A DNA stretch of 34,493 bases from assembly GCA_029939545.1 (NCBI GenBank), contig JAOZSS010000001.1, forward strand, positions 4,747-39,239, read 5' to 3'. A program made the translations under genes and the position numbers. The notes below the pieces were generated by a model. That model did no database searches and had not been told where the DNA came from. It worked only from the letters and a program-made list of their open reading frames with translations. The stretch comes from Kiritimatiellia bacterium. Its GTDB lineage: Bacteria; Verrucomicrobiota; Kiritimatiellia; UBA8416; JABMPJ01. This document shows positions 26,424-34,493 of this stretch, piece after piece (within the stretch, counting starts at the first letter, position 1; every line of letters starts with the position of its first letter).

Positions 26424-27317
26424 ATGAGCAAGGGTCGCATTCTTGTTACCGGGGCGAGTGGGTTTCTGGGCTGGAACCTGTTGCGGGCTCCGTGGGAAGA
26501 CTGGGAATGGATCGGCTGCTCCAACCGGTATGATCCGGAGCTTCCCGGGCTACGCCTGATACAGACGGACCTGACCGTTCCCGGTGCTGTCGTTGAGCTG
26601 CTGGATGCCGCCAAGCCCGACCTCGTGCTCCACACGGCCGCCCTGACCGACCTTAACGCGTGCGAAGCCGATCCCGCCGGCACGCAACAGATCAACACCG
26701 ACGTGCCCGCCACGCTGGCTCGCCGGTGTGCGGAACGGGGCCTTCGTTTCGTGTTTACCTCATCCGACATGGTGTTCGACGGCATCCGGCCACCCTATGA
26801 TGAAGATAGCCCGCCATGCCCTATCAACGCCTATGGTCGCCAGAAAGCCGAAGCCGAGGCGCAAGTCCTGGCCGCTCATCCCGGTGCTGCCATCTGCCGC
26901 ATGCCGCTGATGTTTGGCGCCGCCGGGCCCCACGCCCACAACTTCCTTCCGGAATGGATCGCTAAACTGGCCGCAGGCGAACCGGTTGCCCTCTTCACCG
27001 ACGAGTTTCGCGCACCGGTGTCCGCCACTGTGGCGCGAGAGGGACTCCGCATCGCCATAGAGTGTCATGTGAGCGGCGTGCTTCACCTCGGTGGCAAGGA
27101 GCGCTTGGCGCGTTACGCCTTCGGAGCGTTACTGTGCCAGGTATGGGGCTTTGATCCCGGTCTCCTGCAGCCGGTAACCCGGTCCGCGCTGAACTTCACA
27201 GCCGCGCGTCCTGCGGACACGTTCCTGGACTGCCGTCGTGCCTGGGCTCTCGGATACGATGCCCCACCCCTCGAGGAACAGCTCAGGACTTTGAAGGCGG
27301 AAGGGCGTATTTCTTGA
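26424..27317 (+). CDS. dTDP-4-dehydrorhamnose reductase (RmlD)-like extended SDR
   Basis: ILVTGASGFLG, HTAALT, SSDMVFDG, YGRQK (YxxxK), LFTDEFRAP and RP near the C-terminus. Confidence 0.85.
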   Translation: MSKGRILVTGASGFLGWNLLRAPWEDWEWIGCSNRYDPELPGLRLIQTDLTVPGAVVELLDAAKPDLVLHTAALTDLNACEADPAGTQQINTDVPATLARRCAERGLRFVFTSSDMVFDGIRPPYDEDSPPCPINAYGRQKAEAEAQVLAAHPGAAICRMPLMFGAAGPHAHNFLPEWIAKLAAGEPVALFTDEFRAPVSATVAREGLRIAIECHVSGVLHLGGKERLARYAFGALLCQVWGFDPGLLQPVTRSALNFTAARPADTFLDCRRAWALGYDAPPLEEQLRTLKAEGRIS

Positions 27318-27648
27318 TGGCCTCGAGCGCCTCATCGAGTTGAAACGGCTTGTGGAGCAGTGTGGCCACGTTGCTGAACTGTTTCATTTCAGCTTCGTCG
27401 TAATCCTCGAATCCCGCCATCACGATCGTCGGAATATGAATATCCTCTGCCTGCATCAGCAGCAACAGCTCCACGCCGTTGATGCGGGGCATGTTGATGT
27501 CGAGGAGCATGCACTTGCAGTCGGAAGACTTGAGAAAATCAAAAGCCTCGGCGCCATCACCCGCCGTCTCCACCCGATAGCCGTGGTGGACCAGCGAACG
27601 ACTCAACACCTTGCGCAGATCAGGCTCATCATCAACAATCAGAATCAT
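27283..27648 (-). CDS. Single-domain response regulator (CheY-like)
   Basis: MILIVDDE, LLDINMP (phospho-Asp) and HKPF. GGAGGATGGAG lies upstream. Confidence 0.92.
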   Translation of the reverse strand: MILIVDDEPDLRKVLSRSLVHHGYRVETAGDGAEAFDFLKSSDCKCMLLDINMPRINGVELLLLMQAEDIHIPTIVMAGFEDYDEAEMKQFSNVATLLHKPFQLDEALEAIKKYALPPSKS

Positions 27649-27714
27649 GACTCCATCCTCCAATGCATCCAGTCTAGGTCCGCCACCGTATCCCCGCAAG
27701 GCCATATTGTCGTG

Positions 27715-27742
27715 TTGACATCGCGCGCGCACATGCTATCTT
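27715..27742 (+). promoter_or_regulatory. Sigma70-type promoter for tRNA-Asn
   Basis: TTGACA-N16-TATCTT with an extended TG, about 20 nt before the tRNA. Confidence 0.65.
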
Positions 27743-27761
27743 ATGCGCCCGTTTCAAGTGT

Positions 27762-27836
27762 TCCGGCGTAGCTCAATGGTAGAGTAGGTGACTGTTAATC
27801 ACTTGGTTGCTGGTTCGAGCCCAGCCGCCGGAGCCA
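27762..27836 (+). tRNA. tRNA-Asn (anticodon GTT)
   Basis: Acceptor stem TCCGGCG/CGCCGGA, discriminator G and encoded CCA. D-arm TAGCTCAATGGTAGAG, anticodon loop CTGTTAA, T-loop GGTTCGAGCCC. Confidence 0.97.
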
Positions 27837-27972
27837 ATTTTTTCCTTTTTTCTCACCGCCTTCCTCCACCACACACCCACGTTAGAGCTCTTTTCTGGTT
27901 TGCATGGCTGCGGGGCGGCGTTAACATCGGGGCGATGCTTCTGATATTGTAGGCGGTCCAGGGAGATGTGCT

Positions 27973-30414
27973 ATGGCGAGGACGAAACGCGAAGCGATGG
28001 ACGACGAGGCGATCGATGTGGAGTTGATTCCTGACGAGGAGGAAGCGTCGGACGAGACCGACTTGGTCCTTGCGCGCGAGATCTTTCCGGGACAGTTGCC
28101 GATTATTCCGCTCAACCATCGGCCACTTTTTCCCAAGATGCAGGTCCCGATGATCGTCGATAACGATCCACTCAAGGACATGCTCGTTGAGACAGCGAAA
28201 GCCGACAGCAAGTTCGTCGGCCTGGTCCTGCGCAAGCCCACCGGGAACGGCGACGAAGAAGGGCCGCCCAAAGGGTCCGATCTCTACCGTGTCGGCGTGA
28301 TCGCCGAAATCCTGGATCTGCAGCAACCCCATCCCAAAGGTCCGATCCAGGTGCTCCTCGGTGCCCTCGAACGCTTTCGAATCACCGATATTGTGCAGGA
28401 GACGCCCCACATCGTGGTAACGGTCGACTACCTCTTCGAAACCGAGATGGCGCGTAATGATGAGCTGAAAGCCTTTTCCCTGGCGGTCGTGAAAAGCCTG
28501 AAGGAGCTGATTCAGCTCAACCCGCTCCATCGCGAGGAGATGGCGCTGCTGATGGCGCAATCGCCGGTGAACGAACCGGGGCGCCTGGCCGATTTTGCGG
28601 CCGCCATGACCAGCTCGGAGCCACAGGAGCTACAGGAAGTGCTGGCCGCAGTCCGTATCCGAACCCGGCTGGGTAAGGTCCTGCTGCTCCTGCAGAAAGA
28701 GACCGATATCTCCAAGCTGCAGGTAAAGATCAGTAAGCAGATCGAGGAGAAACTGACCACGCAGCAGCGCCAGTTCTTCCTCCGCGAGCAGCTTAAGGCC
28801 ATTAAGAAGGAACTCGGCCTCGAAAAAGAAGGCAAAGAGGCCGAGGTCGAACGGTTTGAGAAGCGCATCAAGAAGCTTACACTCAGCGACGAGGCCCAGG
28901 AGCGAATTGACGAAGAACTGAACAAGCTCAGGCTGATCGAGCCCGCTTCACCGGAGTTTAATGTATCGCGGAACTACCTGGACTGGCTGACGATTCTGCC
29001 ATGGGGCGTTTTTACGAAGGACAACTACGATATCGCTAAGGCGAGCCGAATCCTGAGCCGCGACCATTACGGGCTCGAGGATGTGAAAGACCGTATCCTG
29101 GAATTCCTGTCCGTGGGGATCTTGAAAGGCAACATCTCCGGATCGATTCTCTGCTTTGTCGGACCGCCGGGCGTTGGCAAGACCTCGATCGGAAAATCCA
29201 TCGCCCGCAGTATCGGCCGCAACTTCTACCGCTTCTCGGTCGGCGGAATCCAGGACGAGGCCGAGATCAAGGGGCATCGGCGCACCTATATCGGCGCACT
29301 GCCCGGCAAGTTTATCCAGGCCATCAAGACCTGCAAGAGCGCTAACCCCGTTATCATGCTCGATGAGATAGATAAAATCGGCCAGAGTTATCGGGGCGAT
29401 CCTGCATCCGCACTTTTGGAAGTACTTGACCCTGAACAGAATAAAGAGTTTTTGGATCACTACATGGATGTTCGCTTCGATCTATCCAATGTCTTCTTCA
29501 TCTGTACCGCCAACCAGCTCGACACCATTCCGCGACCGTTGATCGACCGCATGGAGATTATCAAGCTCTCCGGCTATATACTGGAAGAGAAGCTGCAGAT
29601 CGCGCGGCGCTACCTGCTGCCCAAGCAGCTCAAGGCGCATGGCGTGAACCGCTCGCAACTTGCCATCACGATGCGCGGACTTCGCCGCATCATCGACGGG
29701 TATGCCCGTGAACCCGGCGTACGTGGTGTGGAAAACCATATCAAGCGCATCATCCGCAAGTCTGTTAAACGTATCGTTGAGGGTCATACCGAGAAGATCA
29801 AGATCGACGCTGCCGACGTTGACCCGCTACTGGGCAAGCCGGTGTTTACGGATGATGACTTCTTCAAGAACCCGACGGTAGGTGTTGTGACCGGCCTGGC
29901 GTGGACCAGCATGGGCGGCGACACGCTGGCTATCGAGTCGACGCGCGTTGATACTGGCAAACCCGGCTTCAAGCAGACTGGTCAGCTTGGCGATGTCATG
30001 GTGGAGTCCTCTGAGATTGCCTATACCTATGTTCGAGGCTTCCTCTGTGACAACGAGAAAGCCTCGGCCGTCTTACAGCATCAGTTCATCCACCTGCACG
30101 TTCCCGCCGGTGCCACCCCCAAGGATGGTCCTTCGGCCGGTGTCACAATGGCTTCGGCGCTGTACTCCCTGGTAATGGGCAAACGGATCAAGAAGGGCTT
30201 CGCGATGACCGGCGAGCTGACCTTGACCGGCCGCGTCATGCCCATCGGCGGGATTAAGGAGAAGACGATCGCCGCCAAGCGTGCCGGCATCCGCAACCTG
30301 GTCTTCCCGGAAGCCAATCGCAAGGATTTCGAGGAGCTTCCCGCCCATATTAGAAAGGGGCTCAAGACTAACTACGTTTCGACGTTCCCGGAGGTCGTGG
30401 AGATTTGCTTCTGA
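27973..30414 (+). CDS. lon: ATP-dependent endopeptidase La (LonA)
   Basis: LON N-domain, Walker A GPPGVGKT, Walker B MLDEID, GHRRTYIGA, catalytic PKDGPSAG and GGIKEK. Confidence 0.97.
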   Translation: MARTKREAMDDEAIDVELIPDEEEASDETDLVLAREIFPGQLPIIPLNHRPLFPKMQVPMIVDNDPLKDMLVETAKADSKFVGLVLRKPTGNGDEEGPPKGSDLYRVGVIAEILDLQQPHPKGPIQVLLGALERFRITDIVQETPHIVVTVDYLFETEMARNDELKAFSLAVVKSLKELIQLNPLHREEMALLMAQSPVNEPGRLADFAAAMTSSEPQELQEVLAAVRIRTRLGKVLLLLQKETDISKLQVKISKQIEEKLTTQQRQFFLREQLKAIKKELGLEKEGKEAEVERFEKRIKKLTLSDEAQERIDEELNKLRLIEPASPEFNVSRNYLDWLTILPWGVFTKDNYDIAKASRILSRDHYGLEDVKDRILEFLSVGILKGNISGSILCFVGPPGVGKTSIGKSIARSIGRNFYRFSVGGIQDEAEIKGHRRTYIGALPGKFIQAIKTCKSANPVIMLDEIDKIGQSYRGDPASALLEVLDPEQNKEFLDHYMDVRFDLSNVFFICTANQLDTIPRPLIDRMEIIKLSGYILEEKLQIARRYLLPKQLKAHGVNRSQLAITMRGLRRIIDGYAREPGVRGVENHIKRIIRKSVKRIVEGHTEKIKIDAADVDPLLGKPVFTDDDFFKNPTVGVVTGLAWTSMGGDTLAIESTRVDTGKPGFKQTGQLGDVMVESSEIAYTYVRGFLCDNEKASAVLQHQFIHLHVPAGATPKDGPSAGVTMASALYSLVMGKRIKKGFAMTGELTLTGRVMPIGGIKEKTIAAKRAGIRNLVFPEANRKDFEELPAHIRKGLKTNYVSTFPEVVEICF

Positions 30415-30415
30415 A

Positions 30416-31567
30416 ATGAAAATTGTAGCCGCTAGAAACATGCCGTTTGCCGCCGAAGCGTTTGGGACGCTGGGTGATGTGACCTTGCTGGAGGGTCGGG
30501 CTATTACGCCAAATGACGTGCGCGATGCCGCGCTTCTGGTTACACGCTCCACCACGCCCATCACCCCCGAACTACTCAACGGCAGCCGGGTGCGCTTCTA
30601 TGGGACGGCCACGATCGGCACCGACCATATGGATATTCCCTATCTCGAAGAGCACGGCATTCACTGGTGCTCCGCCGCCGGTTGCAACGCCAACAGCGTC
30701 TCTGAATATCTCACCGCAGCCCTGCTTTGTGTCGCACAGACACACGGGATCACACTCGCCGGCAAGACGATGGGGGTCATCGGCGTCGGGAACGTCGGCA
30801 CGCGCGTGGTCCAGAAGGCCACGGCCCTGGGTATGACGGTACTTCCGAACGACCCGCCGCGTAAGCGCGAGGAAGGCATGGTATCAACACCGCTGCCAGA
30901 CCTGCTGGCCAACTCTGACATCGTGACCCTTCACACGCCGTTGACGCATACGGGACAGGATGCCACCTATCACCTCGCCAATGATAGTTTCTTCGCGCAG
31001 CTTAAACCCGGCTGCATCTTCGTGAACGCCGCACGAGGGCCGATTGTTGATACGGACGCACTGCTGCGCGCCATGAACAGCGGCATCGTGGCGCACGCCA
31101 TTATCGATACCTGGGAGGGCGAACCCGATTTCCGCGCCGACCTCATGGAGCGCGCGGCCATTGTGTCCCCTCACATTGCCGGCTACTCCTATGAGGGAAA
31201 GTACATGGGAACCGTCATGGTTTACCGTGAGGCCTGCCGCTTCCTCGACGTGCCGCCGACGTGGACTCCCATTGCACTGCTGCTGCCACCCGAAGTGCCG
31301 AACCTGGCCGCTGATCCGAAACTCCCCCCCGAAGCGACGCTTTGGAACCTGGTCCATGCGGTCTACGATATCGAAGCCGATGATGCCCGGATGCGGGCCG
31401 GGCCGGCCGGGAGTGAAGCCGAACGCCGCACCCATTTCGATGCGCTCCGCAAATCTTATCCCATCCGCCGTGAGTTTCGCTTTACGGAAGTCAGCGCAGA
31501 CGACACACTTCCTTCAGTCAGGAATGCGATCAAAAATTTGGGATTCACCGTGAAGGCTTCGGCCTAG
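30416..31567 (+). CDS. pdxB: Erythronate-4-phosphate dehydrogenase
   Basis: MKIVAARNMP, GTATIGTDH, GCNANSVSEY, GVGNVG, LHTPLT, DTWEGEP, PHIAGYS and FDALRKSYPIRREF. Confidence 0.93.
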   Translation: MKIVAARNMPFAAEAFGTLGDVTLLEGRAITPNDVRDAALLVTRSTTPITPELLNGSRVRFYGTATIGTDHMDIPYLEEHGIHWCSAAGCNANSVSEYLTAALLCVAQTHGITLAGKTMGVIGVGNVGTRVVQKATALGMTVLPNDPPRKREEGMVSTPLPDLLANSDIVTLHTPLTHTGQDATYHLANDSFFAQLKPGCIFVNAARGPIVDTDALLRAMNSGIVAHAIIDTWEGEPDFRADLMERAAIVSPHIAGYSYEGKYMGTVMVYREACRFLDVPPTWTPIALLLPPEVPNLAADPKLPPEATLWNLVHAVYDIEADDARMRAGPAGSEAERRTHFDALRKSYPIRREFRFTEVSADDTLPSVRNAIKNLGFTVKASA

Positions 31568-31569
31568 CT

Positions 31570-31656
31570 TGTAGGGCCGCACCCCGCCTTCGCCAAGGCT
31601 TCGGTGGGCAGGCGCGTGCGGCGGGTAAGGCTAACCGTACACGGTGTGGGCCTACA
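31570..31656. repeat. REP/REPIN-like element (GTAG-type) with a nested second repeat
   Basis: TGTAGGGCCGCACC ... GGTGTGGGCCTACA form imperfect inverted ends. CCGCCTTCGCCAAGGCTTCGGTGGGCAGG sits inside the GCCGCAC/GTGCGGC hairpin. Confidence 0.7.
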
Positions 31657-31701
31657 CAACAAATGTGACACTAAGATGCGTCGTAAACCGGAGAATCAAC
31701 C

Positions 31702-31920
31702 ATGGACAAGCTAAACATCCAACTCTGCCCCGAAACAGGCATCTGCTCAATCATCAAGGAAGACGGCAAGAAGGTCGACCTCATGCCCGACGAAGTGGCG
31801 CAGCTGCGTGATGCCGACGATGCAGAGCAGGTGAAAAAAGTACTGAGCGACATCGATGGCAGCTTTGCCGGGGCATTGGATGCCGAAGAAAGCGCTCAGA
31901 TTGTCGCGAATCTAAAATAA
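31702..31920 (+). CDS. Small acidic hypothetical protein
   Basis: GGAG RBS, coherent codon usage, 72 aa with CPETGIC. Confidence 0.75.
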   Translation: MDKLNIQLCPETGICSIIKEDGKKVDLMPDEVAQLRDADDAEQVKKVLSDIDGSFAGALDAEESAQIVANLK

Positions 31921-32143
31921 CCACCGATAACCGCATGAGTATGGAACGCGACGAGCTACGGCGTGAACTGCGCACTTTAAGACCTGGCCAAATCGCTCAT
32001 GAGCCTGGCCAAACAGGGCGATGCCATAGAACAGACACTCACGCATGAGGACCGATATTGAGAAGGTAATAGGTGTCCCTCCTTCGCCTGATGGGCTACG
32101 GAAGGGCAAAGTGGTGTTAGGTGACAAAGGGGAGCGGTTGACC

Positions 32144-33220
32144 ATGAGATTATCGTCTGTTGCGCTTGCGGCGTTCTGTTTCATCACACTCATCGGCTCC
32201 TGCCGACTTGAGGCGGCCCAAGCGGCCGTGCCCGGCAAGGAACAGAAGGCCCAGAAACCCAAGCCGGATCCACGCTTCCACGGCATCCCCCTGCCGCACC
32301 AGGCGTACCTTAAGACACTCGAAAAAGAACAATCGCGGATGATGACGTCCTGGTTCAAAGCTCGCGACCTGTATGCTGAGACGCACCATCTGGCCTCCGT
32401 ATTTGGCCTCCGCGTGCGGAAACGCGCACGCGGCAAGGTTCCCGGCATGATGGCCAAGGCGAAGAAGGAGGAAAATAAGTTTCGCAAGGCCTACGACCGG
32501 TTCCGTAATCCCATCGAGGAGAAAGAGAGCAAACTCAAGGACCGCGCCATGACGCTCTCTGAGAGGGAGGGCTCGTTGAATGACCCCTTGATTAACAAAC
32601 GCCTGGATGAGCTGTACGCTGAAGCTTATCTACTTTCAGAGCAGCTTAATGCGCTTACCTCCCTGCAAAAGGTGTTTCAGCATTCCGCCAAGATACCGTC
32701 AGCTCTCGAGCACCTCGGCATCAGCGCGCATGACTCTACGGCCACACAGGTGGCGCGGGACAATCCAAAATTGATAGAGGCCCGTTTGGTGATCAAGGAC
32801 TGCCAGGCTGATCTGGCCGCACTGACAAAACTGAAGGCTGAGATCGAGGCCGATCCGAAGAAGCGGTGGAGTTCTGCGAACAAGGCCCAAGTGAAGAAGG
32901 CCCAACTCACGCTTGATAAGGCCGTTGTCACACTTGAACGCGAGGTCGAGAAAGCCAAGAAGCCGTTCCTGCGCGAAGCCGAAAAGCTGAAGAAGAAGGT
33001 CGAGATGACCCAGAAAAAGATCGGAGATCTCGAAAAACGCAAGCGCAACACCGTCACGTACTTCCAGCGCCTAAGCGAGTACGATGGCGATATGCAGCGC
33101 AACCTGAAGGCCGCCGCTCTCATCGACAAGCTCGCCATCTGGAAGAAGCCGGAAAAAAAGAAAGCGCCTGCCAAGAAGGCCCCAGCGAAGAAGCCCCCAG
33201 CAAAGAAGGGCGGGCACTAG
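32144..33220 (+). CDS. Secreted Lys-rich coiled-coil hypothetical protein
   Basis: GGGGAG RBS, signal peptide (MRLSSVALAAFCFITLIGSC...AQA), helical K/E-rich body and C-terminal (KKAPA)n repeats. Confidence 0.75.
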   Translation: MRLSSVALAAFCFITLIGSCRLEAAQAAVPGKEQKAQKPKPDPRFHGIPLPHQAYLKTLEKEQSRMMTSWFKARDLYAETHHLASVFGLRVRKRARGKVPGMMAKAKKEENKFRKAYDRFRNPIEEKESKLKDRAMTLSEREGSLNDPLINKRLDELYAEAYLLSEQLNALTSLQKVFQHSAKIPSALEHLGISAHDSTATQVARDNPKLIEARLVIKDCQADLAALTKLKAEIEADPKKRWSSANKAQVKKAQLTLDKAVVTLEREVEKAKKPFLREAEKLKKKVEMTQKKIGDLEKRKRNTVTYFQRLSEYDGDMQRNLKAAALIDKLAIWKKPEKKKAPAKKAPAKKPPAKKGGH

Positions 33221-33247
33221 AGGAAAGTGAGCAGTAGCCAGTAAGCA

Positions 33248-34493
33248 GTGAGTAGTATCTTTGACGACACCATTGCCGCGGTTTCGACCGCACCGGGTCC
33301 GGCGGGCATCGCCATTGTCCGACTGTCGGGGTCTCAGAGCCTTTCCATCGCCGACGCGCTCGTGGAATGCCGGGGCGATCCCCCTTCCCTGCGCCCCGGT
33401 GGCACATTCCTGCATGGCCGCATCGTTAGCAATGGCGATGAGATTGACGAAGCCGTGGTCCTCATCTTCCGCAGCCCCCACAGTTATACCCGTGATGATG
33501 TGGTGGAAATCCAGGGCCACGGCGGCCCGGCGGCCGCACAACGCCTCCTCGAGGCCGTGCTGGATGCCGGTGCTCGCCTGGCCGATCCCGGTGAGTTCAC
33601 CCGCCGCGCGTTTCTCAACGGTCGAATCGACCTGGTACAGGCCGAAGCCGTCGCCGACCTCATTCGCGCGCGCTCCGATCGCGCGGCCGCCGCAGCGCTT
33701 GAGCAGCTCGAAGGTCAACTCAGCACACAGATCAACGCTCTCTACGACCACTTAATGGCCGCAGTCGCCGATCTTGAGGCATCGCTCGACTTTGAGGAGG
33801 GCGAGCTTCCAGCTTCGGTTCTCGACACTACCTATACCCAACTCGCTACGGCAGAGGAGGAGATCGCGGCGCTTCTTGCGACCTGGGAAGAAGGACACCT
33901 CCTTCGTGATGGGGCCCGAGTCGTGATCGCCGGCCAACCCAACGTCGGCAAGTCGACCCTCATGAATCGGCTGCTCGGCAAAGAGCGTTCGATCGTGACC
34001 CACCTGCCGGGGACGACACGCGACACGATTGAAGAGACGCTTGTTCTGGGCGGAATCCAGATGCGCCTGACTGACACCGCAGGACTTCGGGAACCGTCGT
34101 GTCTCATTGAGCAGCAAGGCGTTACACGTGCTACTGATAGTATTAAGCAGGCCGATCTCGTTTTGTACCTGGTTGATGCCTCGAAGCCACTGACAGACGC
34201 AGACCTGAGTCAGCTCGACCAGTTGCTACCGACGCGAACCGTGGTTGTACAGAACAAGACCGATCTGGTGTCCCACACACCAAGCGTCCCGGACGACCGG
34301 TTTGATACCGTCGCTTGCTGCGCGGCAGAGGACACCGAGGTCGAAGCCGTGCGTAAAGCACTTCGTGTTCGACTGAGTCAGACCGACACCCCAGCCCACG
34401 CCGTCATCTCCGAGCGTCATCGCGCCTTGCTGAGCGCAGCACGTAAACTGATCGACGATGCCCGCAAGCTCGCGCACCAAGACCAAGCGCTCT
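33248..34493 (+). CDS. mnmE: tRNA modification GTPase MnmE (TrmE), 3' end beyond the window; not in the supplied ORF track
   Basis: Manual translation: DTIAAVSTAPGPAGIAIVRLSG, GEFTRRAFLNGRIDLVQAEAV, G1 GQPNVGKST, GTTRD, DTAGLR and NKTDL. Confidence 0.96.
   Translation, partial: MSSIFDDTIAAVSTAPGPAGIAIVRLSGSQSLSIADALVECRGDPPSLRPGGTFLHGRIVSNGDEIDEAVVLIFRSPHSYTRDDVVEIQGHGGPAAAQRLLEAVLDAGARLADPGEFTRRAFLNGRIDLVQAEAVADLIRARSDRAAAAALEQLEGQLSTQINALYDHLMAAVADLEASLDFEEGELPASVLDTTYTQLATAEEEIAALLATWEEGHLLRDGARVVIAGQPNVGKSTLMNRLLGKERSIVTHLPGTTRDTIEETLVLGGIQMRLTDTAGLREPSCLIEQQGVTRATDSIKQADLVLYLVDASKPLTDADLSQLDQLLPTRTVVVQNKTDLVSHTPSVPDDRFDTVACCAAEDTEVEAVRKALRVRLSQTDTPAHAVISERHRALLSAARKLIDDARKLAHQDQAL

Noticed and set aside
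27283-27317. Convergent 35-nt overlap of the RmlD-like and response-regulator genes
   Set aside because: Short tail-to-tail overlaps are common and both proteins look complete.
27762-27972. tRNA-Asn as an island integration site
   Set aside because: I saw no duplicated tRNA 3' end or integrase, and housekeeping lon follows directly.
31935-32061. Possible frameshifted small gene (MSMERDELRRELRTL / DLAKSLMSLAKQGDAIEQTLTHEDRY)
   Set aside because: It is very short, has no clear RBS and matches no family I recognise. It cannot be supported without a homology search.

Overview
A GC-rich bacterial chromosomal window. The SHD1-domain protein, the subtilase ending in FYRLTVQ and the general gene style suggest the PVC superphylum (Kiritimatiellota/Lentisphaerota/Verrucomicrobiota-like); this is inference only. 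Most of the window is housekeeping or envelope genes: a partial SDR (UxuB-like), gndA, a double DUF3857/transglutaminase gene, msrB, rsmI, a STAS plus membrane/PAS/PP2C pair, a nucleotidyltransferase, HU, DUF362, a cNMP-binding MscS, an omptin, a large S8 protease, apt, an RmlD-like SDR, a response regulator, tRNA-Asn(GTT), lon, pdxB and a partial mnmE. The standout region is about 7.8-12.5 kb. The last ~220 nt of the transglutaminase gene occur three times in direct orientation (7830-8080, 10710-10931, 11666-11863). Each copy is followed by different accessory cargo: a secreted hypothetical plus a Fic protein, then a DUF433/DUF5615 TA pair, then a decayed DUF6364/PIN TA pair fused into msrB. 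No integrase or transposase is visible. The copies differ mainly at synonymous sites and are mosaic, consistent with a cassette array built by repeated replacement of a gene's 3' end. Small REP-like and heptamer repeats are scattered through the intergenic regions.
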